39,606 bases of DNA from Halocafeteria seosinensis (taxonomy: Eukaryota): NCBI GenBank assembly GCA_001687465.1, contig LVLI01000120.1, positions 1-39,606 of the forward strand. Direction: 5' to 3'. Of this stretch, positions 20,246 to 31,754 are shown piece by piece; the first letter of the stretch is position 1, and each line of letters begins with the position of its first letter. The notes beneath the pieces are model-generated. The model saw only the letters and a list, made by a program, of their open reading frames with translations. It made no database searches and had not been told where the DNA came from. A program made the position numbers and the translations under genes.

Positions 20246-21484
20246 TCAATCACCGGCGGGAGGTGCTCTGGATATCTTCATCCTCGGCAAACCCGCATCC
20301 ACTGTCCATAAGCTTTCATACGTTAGCCATATGAGCATTGCGAGAGCCACCAGAAAAAGAATGGCGATACCTTGTTTAACAGAGATTGTCCAGACCTTCT
20401 CGGATAGGTATGAACAAGCAGCCTCTACTCTTTCCACTAGGGGAGTCGGGCAAAAGGATTTGAAGCATTGTGTGAAAACCCAAACTGTAGATGTGACGAG
20501 ACAAATGACGGCCCTAACAAGCACTTGGATCAGACATCCACACTTTGTATTATCTACGCAAGACTTGTAGCCTCGCTGTAATTTCGAGTAGACAGGCCAA
20601 CAAGCCCACATAGTGTTGGCAAGGCAGGAATCGCCAGGGTGTCTTCCATGCATGCCAGAAGCTCCAAGACCCAAACTGGAGCCAGAGACAACTTCTGCGT
20701 CTTCTTCCTTTCCATGAGAGGAACTTTGAGACCTTCCGTTGGTTGAAGATAGTAAATCTGTGTTCTCTTCTGAGGCACCGTCTGACCTTGTCGCATTCGA
20801 AATACTACTCCAAGCTTTTCGAAACGTCGAGGAAATGCGTTGCTGCATGGCTTCCGTGTTCGGACTGTCTATATTCCTCAAAGGGGTAGATACCTTTGAA
20901 AACCAACTACTCACAGCTGTGGAGAAATCATCGTCCTCGGCAGAACCATGGCCTCGGACCTCGTTCGGCGCGCTGGCCGAAGAAACTCCAGCAGCACCAG
21001 TCGCTTGGTTGGAATGCGCTTCCTTGGCAGGACTCCAAGGTTGAGCAGCGGCGGGAGTATTGGTGCCTCCATTTCTCTGTTTGGTCTGCTCTTCATGTAC
21101 TTGCTGGGGCGCTGGTGGGTGCGATTTGGGCGCTCGTAGCTGATCCTTGTCATACCGAACTCCTGCCGCTTCCAAATCTGCCAAGAAGGGGTCCTCCTCT
21201 TGCTTTTGCTCCTCCTCACTAGTACTAGTACCAGTTTGCGACGATTCCTGTGCACCACGACTTGTGTGTGATGATGGAGCATGCGTGCTATTTGTCACGG
21301 ATGCTGATACCGAAGCTCCCACGGAACCTTGCTGATGCCTGTGTGGAGAGGATAAAGTGGTGGTCGTCATGGGACGAGCCTCCTGCTCTTTTTGCTCCTG
21401 GTTGTCCTCGGCGTTGGATTCCTCATCCTGGAGCTCGTCCAAGTTAGGGATTGTTTCTCTCAGTTGCTCGAAAAAGCGGTACAT
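20246..21484 (-). CDS. Hypothetical membrane protein with a long disordered N-terminus and C-terminal Cys-rich/TM segments
   Basis: 412-aa ATG ORF with S/E/Q/A-rich low complexity and hydrophobic GIAILFLVALAMLIWLTY. Confidence 0.7.
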   Translation of the reverse strand: MYRFFEQLRETIPNLDELQDEESNAEDNQEQKEQEARPMTTTTLSSPHRHQQGSVGASVSASVTNSTHAPSSHTSRGAQESSQTGTSTSEEEQKQEEDPFLADLEAAGVRYDKDQLRAPKSHPPAPQQVHEEQTKQRNGGTNTPAAAQPWSPAKEAHSNQATGAAGVSSASAPNEVRGHGSAEDDDFSTAVSSWFSKVSTPLRNIDSPNTEAMQQRISSTFRKAWSSISNATRSDGASEENTDLLSSTNGRSQSSSHGKEEDAEVVSGSSLGLGASGMHGRHPGDSCLANTMWACWPVYSKLQRGYKSCVDNTKCGCLIQVLVRAVICLVTSTVWVFTQCFKSFCPTPLVERVEAACSYLSEKVWTISVKQGIAILFLVALAMLIWLTYESLWTVDAGLPRMKISRAPPAGD

Positions 21485-21629
21485 TTCCCTTACTTACGAC
21501 CTACTCATAGCCCTAGAACTAACAACACAGGCCTGTATAGCGCATATACAGACGCGGGTACCGTAAGGGGTCCTTCGGCCCGTACTAAACAGTATACATA
21601 TTGTATGATATGATAGCGTGCAAAGCATT

Positions 21630-23593
21630 GCATCTACCAGTGAATTGTGCATTACACCCACCATACATATGGTGCTGTCGTTTCGTGGCACACAAACATA
21701 TAGGAGTTCCACTGTATGAAAAAGTTTGGTATCCGCACTTGCCAAGTTGCCATTTTAGCAGAGGCCTCTCAAACTACGCTCTATCGACATGAATCTTTCG
21801 CAACTATTTACGTGACGGTAAAAACTTAAATCGTTTTATTGCATCTACCCCTTTGTACCGTGCGAAGCGCCTTCCTGGTACAAGCTCGCTCGGTCTCAGA
21901 CTCTTAAGGTTCTGAGAGTCAGAGTGAGTACCGTTTATACCAGCTCTTTCCACGATGCTATCACGTCTTCCTTAGAAATCCCTTTCTCGAAAAGTCCCCA
22001 CACTGGATTTGCACTTAGATACGCGCTCAGCTGCATGTTCGGGTTTGCCTGCAGCAGTTGTAGCCACATTGCCCTGCACAATCCCAAACTATTGGTAACG
22101 GGGATCTCTGTTCCCACTTGGAAGACACGCTCCTCGAATCTGCCGAGGGTCACTTTTTCCAATATAACAACCAGCTGAGTGCGATTCCTTGCGAAAACAA
22201 CCTGTAGCATGTGTAACACCAGGAGTAGCGCCAACGTCCCTAGAAGCACATAAAGTGAGATGACTGAAAAGAAAATCCCCGTCACCAGGAACTGGAAAAA
22301 TCTGCTCATACAGAAGAGGCCGTATACCATGAAAAATATTGGAACCAGCACGACCACAATAATAGTCCCCACTCCATCCTGACACTCACAAACGTCGTCC
22401 CACAAGCTGGTGCCTTGCTCCAGATCCGGAACTTCCGGAATCTCCACGGGCGATTGGATCTTCAACGGTCGACTTCCGGGAGGACGAATTGGAATGAATC
22501 GTTTCTTATGCACGATCATCGACAGCGAAATTGGAGAGTTGGTTACTGCACTAATGCCAGCATCAGTGCTCAGATGTTTGTACCACCAGTGGTGCCTCAA
22601 CGTGGCTTTCTTCTCGTGCTCCCAGGAAAAGAGGTCAAAGTCCGGAAACGACGGAGTGCTCTGTCCCTTACCGAGGCACTCATAGCATTCCACAGGCGAG
22701 GGTACTTCCACGTGCATGTGACCTGGAGGGGCAGATCGCCTCCGGCAACAGAAGCATCGACATGAATAGAGACTGACAATGTACGGCACGACAAACTGCA
22801 GCATGGTCCATATGAGGCTTGGAATGAAAGGATGCCGAATTTCCGTTCTCAAGGTGTACGCATCCTCATTCGCTTCCGAAGGCTCTTGCTTTCGAAGAAG
22901 CTTCGCTACCCTTCGGAGGGGATGGGAACGACCAATGACCTTGTGTTCCACCAGAGCATCCACTGCCGCGTGGTCAAAGTCCTGGGGGTTCACTCCCACA
23001 TACGCCATATGATATTTCCGTCCTGATGCTGAGAGTTGCGCACAATAATGACTGCACTCTTGAGAAAGCAAAATACAGGCAACACGACTATAGACATTCC
23101 ATCTGTTGAGGGGACAACTCTGAGTGTTGGTAGCGTGCGAGCTTCAGAACCTCACAGAGGCACTGCCGCAGACTGCAGTACAGCCCCCAGATGCATCATC
23201 ATACTGTACACACCAGGTGACACAGTCGGTCTCACAGAAGCAATTCGGAATAAGAATTTGAGTGGAGGTGCACATGAAAGCTCAGTAATCATCGTTCTGG
23301 ACTCCGGGTCGTTTTCTCCTAGCCGGATGGTTCTCTGTGGGAACAACGGAAGAACTTCGTGTGGGAAAAAGGGAGGCTATATGCTTGCAACGTTTGCAAG
23401 TGATCCATAGCGTGTGGTTGATCAGGCTTTGTAGATGTGTGTATGTATAATAATAGCGTAACACATTCCGAAGAAGCATGGGCCTCGAAGGTTCGCATTT
23501 AAATCACTCTGTATCCATGGTAGTAATGACGTGGCAACCCAATCAGAAAAAGGGGGCCAGAGTTATGCAGCAAGTTATTCACGACGCTAGAAA
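21630..23593. repeat. Complete copy of the segment duplicated at 5433-6591
   Basis: See the matching features at 5433-6112 and 6310-6591. Confidence 0.85.
21935..23008 (-). CDS. Hypothetical multi-pass membrane protein (~357 aa from ATG 23008)
   Basis: Long open frame with hydrophobic stretches (TIIVVVLVPIFFMVYGLF; FLVTGIFFSVISLYVLLGTLALLLVL) and a CRCFCCRRR cluster. Confidence 0.65.
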   Translation of the reverse strand: MAYVGVNPQDFDHAAVDALVEHKVIGRSHPLRRVAKLLRKQEPSEANEDAYTLRTEIRHPFIPSLIWTMLQFVVPYIVSLYSCRCFCCRRRSAPPGHMHVEVPSPVECYECLGKGQSTPSFPDFDLFSWEHEKKATLRHHWWYKHLSTDAGISAVTNSPISLSMIVHKKRFIPIRPPGSRPLKIQSPVEIPEVPDLEQGTSLWDDVCECQDGVGTIIVVVLVPIFFMVYGLFCMSRFFQFLVTGIFFSVISLYVLLGTLALLLVLHMLQVVFARNRTQLVVILEKVTLGRFEERVFQVGTEIPVTNSLGLCRAMWLQLLQANPNMQLSAYLSANPVWGLFEKGISKEDVIASWKELV

Positions 23594-23603
23594 TATAGAA
23601 CGC

Positions 23604-25814
23604 TCACTCCTCGTCCTCGAGACATCTGCTGTGGCTTGCAGAAGCCCGACGGGGAGGCACGCAGCGAAACTCCTTGTCAAAATCGTATACCATGTCATCG
23701 ATGATCTCAGAATTTGTTTCGGCATTGACAAAACCTTCAGTAAGCTCGTCGGATAGTGGGGAAGCCTGAGGACCGTCCGATCGATTCTTGCCCTGCGAAA
23801 AAGCTCGCTCCACTGTCGCGTTGCTCACCGTCATAGTGAGATATTTCAGCATTACTTGCGCTAGACTCTCCATTTCCTCGTCATGCCCCGCTTCGGCCCT
23901 TTCCAGCTGTGCGCTCCAATGATCTTTCGCCTGTTCTTTAGTGGCGAGTCGTTTTGGAGGCATCAGTCTGTCGTTGTAAATGAAAGTGTTCCAGACGGCT
24001 CTACTGAAATTGAATTCAGAGCGAAAATCTCCGTAATCATTCTTCTTCAGCGGTCCAAAACATTTCTGCTGTTTGCGCAATACCTCTATAGCCGGATCGA
24101 CATATTTTTCGAACTTCTTAAGGGCGGACCTGGATGCATCTTTCAGTTGCGTTCCTAGCTCAGTGATTCCTGGTGCGCTATTGAAATCGGCAATACCGCT
24201 GACAAGATTGGAAAGAGATTCTTCCCCAGAAAAGTCCAGCAATGTGGCCCTGAGGCCTTGCAGCTCGGCGAACAGTCTTTGCGGAGTAATCTCTATCTGT
24301 TGTGAGTACCTGATCGCTCGAGGGACTGTTTCCATGATACAACAAACACCGCGCACCAGATACTTCACTTTCTCGTGATGCATCCCCGGGACGCCTCTAT
24401 CGCGTTCATGTTTTCGCTCAGATGAACGATATTCCTGTATAGCTCCATAGATGGAATCCCAATGATAACATATTGTAAATACGGCCAGCAAAGTACCTCC
24501 CCACCTAGTCGGAGCGAAGCACAGCGGTTGGATAGGTACATAATGTGCTACAAAATACTGTTTTTTTACGTCGGAATCGTGCCCCTCAAGCCAACCTTTC
24601 AGCGAAGAAGCTAGAATAGCGACGTCCTCTAACTCATTTAGAAAGTTCTCTACTACGAGGTGGAGTCCATGATTTACACACGGAACTCGTTCACAACTCG
24701 TAAACTTGTTTTCTATCAGAGCGTGCGCTGCTCCAGCCACTGGCGTCCCATTACTTGTGACAAGTGCCACCACATTCTGATCTAAGACCCGACATCGACT
24801 CTGTAGCAACTCAAACTCTTCAAAAACCCAAGCCCTCAGGCTCTCTACTGTTGAGTGATCGCTGTGACAACGGACACTGAGGGTAACTGGGGCATCCAAA
24901 GACAGAGCGTACACTTGCAACACAGATATTTGATTGTTGGTCGTTTCCTCTATTTCATCGTCTAAGAGGAGGCATAAATACCTATCTTGGATGCGTTTCT
25001 CAATTTCCTTCTTTTCCAGGTCATTGGATTCCAACAATTTGCCAGTCCTTTTTCCCGATATCCAGCCTGCTTGCGCAATTACTGTTTGCATCCGCGGACT
25101 TGTTACGCGTTCTATGGTGCGCAAGGATAACCCAAGACCGGCTAGACATTTTACGGTTAGGCATTGGGCTCGATACGTAGCATCTCTATCGTCCTTAATA
25201 AAGTTATGCAGTGTGGTCAACGAGCGCCAAGGCGGAGAAGCACTATTTTTCTCCTGTGGCTGTGTTGTTTCGTGACATACAAATTCCCTTTCCCTCGCAA
25301 GCTGAAACTCATTGTTGTCCGTCGCCCAAAGAACTTCACTTCCTCGGCCGCAATGCTGCCGATCCGACTTGTCAATCCGCCCGAAGTTTGACTGTACCAT
25401 GTTGTCATAGTTGTTCCTGGCATGATTAGAATCTGCACTTCGTTCACTTCCACTTCTGACGGAACAGCTTCCGCAGCGACTGGCACTTGCACTGCTACGA
25501 GAGTTGCTAGTACTCCTGGCTGCTGTTTTGGAGGTCCCCCAAGTTCTTGGTGCACTGGCATCGGTTCCACCACCCCAAGCAGCCGCGGAAGCGGCGGTTC
25601 GGCGGATACTTTGTCCTGGGGCTGAAGCACTTGCCGGCGGATTGACAGATTGGGTGTTTGATGCGGTCACCTATATTGACGGATGTCCGTCGTTGGAATT
25701 AGCATGATTGTTCTCTCTTTCTCCGAAATCATCAAGATGGTTGTAAGTAGCATGTTGTCCGAGGCGGCTGCCGCACTTTCGGCGCTTGCTGGCCGCGGTG
25801 CCAGACATGTCCAT
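23604..25814 (-). mobile_element. hAT-superfamily transposase-like gene, probably inactive or domesticated; in-frame TAG at 25671-25673 after a 47-codon ATG leader
   Basis: LCLLLDDE (D1), VVALVTSNG (S where TDN has D), PCVNHGLHL (CxxH), PTRWG, and the dimerisation motif HW...LKYLTMTVSNATVERAFS. No flanking TIRs seen. Confidence 0.8.
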
Positions 25815-26044
25815 GCGTCACTTGGACCTACTAAGTTAGGAGATATCACAGGACTACTAAAACAAAGCTGCATGCAACATGGTGCCAGGCGTTCTGGGCT
25901 TTGCCCCGTTCCTAGGGGTAGGTTTGCCGGGCCGAGGTGTGGGTCTAAGACCGGTGGAAGAGTGAGACTTGCGCACCCTACAGAACCACAAGGAACGGGG
26001 CAAACAGGGAAAGATACAGTCGTAGTTTGTTGAATGTTTGTTCG

Positions 26045-26080
<36 letters not shown>

Positions 26081-26092
26081 CATACACACACA
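26045..26092. repeat. Compound (TC)n(TA)n(CA)n microsatellite just upstream of HADH
   Basis: Read directly from the sequence. Confidence 0.9.
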
Positions 26093-26116
26093 GAAAAGAA
26101 AGGCAGGAACACCATC

Positions 26117-27510
26117 ATGTTGCGTATTCGTACCTGTTTCTCACTGTTGCGGACCACCACGGCAGCCGTGCGTCAATTCAGTTCCACTCCCCATCGCAAC
26201 GGAGACATCCAACGCGTAGGAGTCGTGGGGTTAGGTCTCATGGGACATGGAATCGCGCAGACTTCGGCGCAAAGCGGCTTCCAGGTAGTTGGGGTCGAAA
26301 GTTCCCAAGACCGGGTGGACAAGTAAGTGCCGTCCCGAGTTCCATGAGAATCACAGTACCTTTGGACACCACACTCTGCAGAGGCAAGGAGATGATCACG
26401 TCTTCGCTCAACTCGCAATTCAAGAAAGCCGTCAAAGAAGGCAAGGTGCAGGAAGTACGCTCCTCGTCATTTTACAAGCGTCGTTTGGAGTTTTCTGACT
26501 AGCACTTGTTATTTTATTGCAGGAGGATCAGTCCAAAATGATCGACGGTGTTTTGGCCAACCTGAACATGACCACCGACAAAGGAGCTCTGGGAGACTGC
26601 GATCTGGTGGTCGAAGCTATTGTGGAGGATTTGGATGCTAAGAAGGAGTTGTTCAATAGCTTGAACACAGTTGCTCGGGAGGATGCGATACTGGCTACGA
26701 ACACAAGTTCATTCGAGCTTTCCAACCTCCATGAAGCCAGTGGACGCCCCCACAGTTTGGTAGGACTTCATTTCTTTAACCCTGTGCAAATAATGAAACT
26801 TGTTGAAGTGGTACGCACTGAGAAAACGGACTCTGCGGTGTTTGAGAAAGCGATGGACTTTGCACGAGTACGTTTATTTCTCAGAGAGACTGGTTCGGTC
26901 TTTCAGAGCTAATAGCTTCCACTGTATGATATTCTACAGAGTCTTGGAAAGTCACCTGTTGCTTGCAAGGATACTCCTGGGTTTATTGTGAACCGCTTAT
27001 TGGTCCCATACATGGCAGAAGTAAGTGAAGCAAACCAATTCTAGTAGCTAGGTGGGGATTACCTCTACCCTCTCTGGCTTCCTTCAGGCTGCTGCTATGG
27101 TCGAGCGTGGCGACGCCACTCCACAAGATGTGGACACTGCCATGAAATTGGGTGCAGGATATCCAATGGGACCCTTAACCTTAGCAGACTACGTTGGACT
27201 GGATACTTGTGTTTCGATCTTAAAGGTACGGTTCGGTTTGAATGAACATCGTCTCCATCTTCGGGCAGCTAATTTCTCTTTCTTCTGTGCTGGTAATTCC
27301 AGGGATGGGTCGCTAAATATCCTGATACAAAATCATTCTTTGTTCCAGCCATTCTAGAACAAATGGTAAGCTCTTGAATGTCTCGATGCTCCGGAATAGA
27401 AGAGATTGTCATACCTGACTCTGCGAAGAATGCAGGTAGCCGAAGGAAAACTCGGAAGGAAGTCAGGCCAAGGATTCTACAAATGGGAAGGAAATAAACC
27501 AGTTGCCTAA
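26117..27510 (+). CDS. HADH: Mitochondrial 3-hydroxyacyl-CoA dehydrogenase; exons 26117-26322, 26382-26454, 26523-26867, 26940-27020, 27088-27225, 27303-27365, 27436-27510
   Basis: Arg/Ser-rich presequence, [56 protein letters not shown] and [10 protein letters not shown]. All six introns are GT-AG and keep the frame. Confidence 0.96.
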
Positions 27511-27642
27511 TAGCAGCCGAACATGAGGCTACATCGATATCAGTTATAACTGAGCCATGACCTTACAGATCTGGAAATGACCACTGATTAAAATGCACAT
27601 TTTCGGTTGTGAGAGCGCATCATGGTCTGGTCTGCACTTGTA

Positions 27643-29302
27643 TCAGAAATCATCGTAAATTCCTGTGCCTTCAACTTTGCGCTTGTCTGATACACGAATT
27701 CCCTGACGCTCTGTAGTCTCACATTCTCTGTTGTTGCCTGAAACGTTCTCCGTGTTGATCGACGGTTCCCATTGCTCTTCGATTTCTTGTTGATCAGATT
27801 GTTCATTCTGCAGAGAAGAGGTTCGATAATAATTCGCGTCTAGCGAACGACTCAGCTGCGTTTTGCTACACGTACTTCTTCTTCTCGTCTTTCATCTCTT
27901 TGCGCATAAATGATGTACTGGAAGATAATTACAAAATCGAAGACTAGAGTTCCCGCAGCTCCTGGAAAAAAGGGTGCTTCAGCCTTCCAATCGTCGATCC
28001 TATCATTCTGGAAGTCAGCTTGGATCCTCATAATTATTGAAACTACTGCATTGTTCGAAGAAAGCACTTCATTGCACCGGCTTCCCTCTACCTTGGTTTG
28101 CTAGATCGCAAGGAACTTACCGATGGTTAGGTTGCCCATGAACGCACAGAAAAACATGAACCAAGATAACCCAGCTACGCTACCACGTTTACAGTTTCTA
28201 TAGACCTGCATTGGAATTCAAACCCAATGGCTTGGGGTGTGACAGTCTACATGTGCACAGTTCGGTGAACATACTTGAGGGATTCGACTGTTGACGTAAA
28301 GCGTGCTGGAAATATACCCAAGAACTTGTCCGGCGAGTTCGCGAGCGTGAGGTGTCGGCTTCCCATGTTGAATTTTACAATTATCAAGCTTGAGGGACCT
28401 CGCCCAGGAAAGTCGTTCAGTTTCCATTTGCTCCCACTGTCCCTGCTCGTCCAAGATATGAGATGCCATCAGCACAGTGACCGCCGCCAGCGATATGGTA
28501 CCCGCAGTGTATTTCCCAGCTACTGTTGAAATTCCCGTACCCGTATTCGCAGATGAAGATGACGACCTATCATCGCTTTCTTTCTCTCTACTAGTGTGGG
28601 GAGGATATTTCGTTGACATCTCCACATCTCCTGGATCAGCAACGGAGGCAAGCTCGGATGCTTCCAACTGTCCCTCATGCGACAAGGAAGTGTTCGCGAG
28701 TAACTCCCGTTTTTCCAGGCGTTGCCTCCTCCATTTGTTGCGAAGGTGGAGGAAAATGTACTGAGTCAGCATGCAAACATTCATGACCACAAATAAGATG
28801 GCACTGTATTTCTGCGAGAAACAGGGATTCACAATGTGACCATGCATAGCCGGATTGGTTAACACCGCTGTATTTCGAAGGAACCCGCGCACAACGCCGT
28901 TGACTCTCCCTATGGCAGACTCTCTTACTTGTGTTGGAACTTGTCGTGTTAGTATAGTTCCTATCATGTTTGATAAGTCTCCTCCTAACCACTCCAGTAG
29001 GAACCAGAATGACAGAGCCTGCGATACCACCACCAGAGTCCACAAGGTGAGCACTTTGGCGACCAGTTCCAGCAGACACCTTTCTACAATGGTGACTATG
29101 TCTTTACCTCGGCTGTTCCGTTTCTCCAATTCTTGATGAACTGAGGTGCTTGGCAGCAGATCCAGAAAGCGAGAGAAGACATTCCGATGACGAACGCCGC
29201 CAAATCGACGGTGTTGTAGACGCAATCCTGGAAATTATCCTGGATCCATGTATTGGCATGATGGCCATTTTTGACTTGCGGTCGGCAGACGCAGTCCGTC
29301 AT
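27643..29302 (-). CDS. PQ-loop lysosomal/vacuolar cationic amino-acid transporter (PQLC2/Ypq-like), copy A, multi-exon
   Basis: CCQAPQFIKNW, ALSFWFLLEWLGGDLSN, NSRIPQV and GAAGTLVFDFVIIFQY. The last exon after a GTACGT..TGCAG intron ends IYDDF* at 27643. Confidence 0.88.
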
Positions 29303-29360
29303 GACATACTAGTTAATGTCGGTGGGCGTGCACAGGGAAACAAATCAATCAGTCCTACCA

Positions 29361-29527
29361 CTATGGTCGGACCATACTGAACTTCCTGTTCAAGCGTTAC
29401 GCCACAACATATAACCGACCTATGATCATTATGGTCGGACCATACTGAACTTGTTGTTCAAGCGTTACACAGATGTGCAAAACGGTAGCGGCACAACATA
29501 TACCCTGATGAACCGACCTATGATCTT
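29361..29527. repeat. Two-copy direct repeat containing the palindrome TATGGTC-G-GACCATA, upstream of PQ-loop copy A
   Basis: Palindromes at 29362-29376 and 29430-29444, each followed by TGAAC-n5-GTTCA and aagcgttac. Confidence 0.8.
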
Positions 29528-29695
29528 CTTCTGCTATGGTATATTGTTGGACTGCGCACTGTCTACTCAAAGATCAGAGCACAGGCACATTAGTTTCCGT
29601 TCACGGGACAACTTCCTTAGAAAACGAAACCCTAAGATGCCATTTGTTCGCCAGCAATATGCATTCCATACAAAAACTATGTAACTTCATTGCTC

Positions 29696-31754
29696 CTAGT
29701 GCGCTTTATCCGAGTACCTGCCCCGGCCAAGCATTGAATCATCTTTGGCATGAGTCCCTAAACTGCCATTCTGGGTTGTCCCATAAACGTCTACATCTTC
29801 ATCTCTTCTGACAGGAGGTGACTCTACAATGTCATGTATTCCTCGTGGAGCATTGGCAACGAGTGCGGGAGTGTCTTGCAGGTTTGATGGTGTCTGTCCC
29901 ATTTGTCCCTTCGCGCGTTTACGCAAAAGAGCACGCTGGAAGTGACAGAGCAAAGGACCATAAATAATGTTAAGAAGAGAGGAAAGCGACAGAGGTTGTT
30001 TCGACACTTACTCGCTCCCGGCGTTTTCTCGCCCTCTTTGTGTATATAAAGTACTGAAACATGATGAGAAAGTCGAAAACAAGGGTACCCGCAGCGCCAG
30101 GGAAGAAAGGGGCTTCGGCTTTCCAATCTTTCTTCTGATCTCCATCAAAATCCCCCTGAATTCGCATCACAATGGAGATAACTGCAGCCAAACAATTTGT
30201 CAATATTGCTGTTAAAAAAATCCCAACGGCACTGGACTCTCGTCGGTGTACCTGTTGTAAAGTTGCCCATGAAGGCACAGAAAAACATGAGCCAAGACAA
30301 TCCCACTACGCTTTGCCTCTTGTAATTCTTCCACACCTGAGTTTAACAGTACGCAAGAAATATAGGGGGAGGAAATCCCGCCGACATAATGAATTCTTAC
30401 CTGAGGTAGCCGACTGTTCAAATACAGAACAGTAGACAGGTAGCCAAGCGCTTTGCCGGCAATGTCCCGTCCATGTGGGGTGGGTTTTCCACCTTTAACA
30501 TCGCAATTATCCAAATCCAGTTGGCGGTTCCAGCTCTCTCCCGCACTCCTAGCCACATCAAGACCATCGTCTTCTTGTCCACTTGTCTGATGGAGCCCCA
30601 AGTATGCTATTGTTATCGTCATTAGCATCATCACTGTGGCTCCGGCTACATATTTGCCATTCGTGCCCGCGTGTGATGTGGGCATTGGCTCTGTTCGTTT
30701 TGATTGTTCAACATCTTTTGATAACAACGGAGCCTCCAGTCTTACTTCTTGCTGCCCGTTCGTTTCTCCATCTGTACGGTACGATGACAAATCAGTGATG
30801 TCACCTACACTTTGTCCATCATCATAATCAAGTTCAGAGTCATCGTAGCCGTCGCTACCAGCACTACCTGACCCACGACTTGGCTTTCCGGAAGCAGTGG
30901 CAGCAGTCGTGGTCGAGTTCGTGGCTGAGAAAATCGAGCAACACGAGCGATTAAGAACAAAAGGAAAAAGACAAGGAACACGAGAGTGGGTAGTGCTGTA
31001 GCGGCTACCGCTGGTTACAACAATAACAAAGACGAAGGAGAAAAAAAAGGGGGTACCTACCCTACCAGTAAGTACTCACATGTTGTGTTGACGGTCTTCT
31101 CGTTGGCACGAGAACTCTTGTACAATTGCTCCTCGTCGAATTCGAAATTCCCTCTCTCGATTTGCGCTAGCTCCTCCTCTGTATCGGAGGACTCGCATCC
31201 TTCTTCGGTATTTTCGTATCCCGTGGGAGGGGGTAGAAGGCCCTCTTTTTCAGCTTTTTCTCGACGCCATTTGTTTCGAAAATGAAGAAACGCATACTGG
31301 CTCAATATGCAAATGTCCATGACTACAAATAAAATGGCCGTGTAAGTCTGCATCATAGAGCGTAGGGAGGTGAATAACACACAGGGAACAATCCTCCTCC
31401 TTGCATTCACTGACCTGTGTCGGCACTTGCCGCGTCAATATGGTGCCCACCATGTTCGATACATCTCCTCCTAGCCACTCCAGTAAGAACCAGAGGGACA
31501 GAGCCTGCATCAGTCATGCCTGTAGACTTGCATACAAGGTCAAGAAAAAGACAGGACGGACTCACCTCGGCTGTTCCATTCCGCCAGTTCTTGATGAATT
31601 GTGGGGCCTGACAGCATATCCAGAAGGCCAATGAAGACATCCCAATGACAAAAGCTGCCATATCTAGTGGCGTATAGATGCAGTCTTGCATATTGTTTTG
31701 GATCCACTCATTATAGCCCTGGCCGAATTTCGTAGCGGGGCACTCACACGGCAT
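29696..31754 (-). CDS. PQ-loop transporter (PQLC2/Ypq-like), copy B, tandem paralogue, multi-exon
   Basis: MPCECP..., CCQAPQFIKNWRNGTAE, ALSLWFLLEWLGGDVSN, NSRLPQV, GLSWLMFFCAFMGN and GAAGTLVFDF. The last exon is RALLRK...SDKAH*. Confidence 0.88.

Noticed and set aside
25671..25673. TAG reassignment (alternative genetic code)
   Set aside because: It is only a single in-frame TAG. PQ-loop copy B appears to end in TAG, and the conserved genes read here needed no internal TAG codons.
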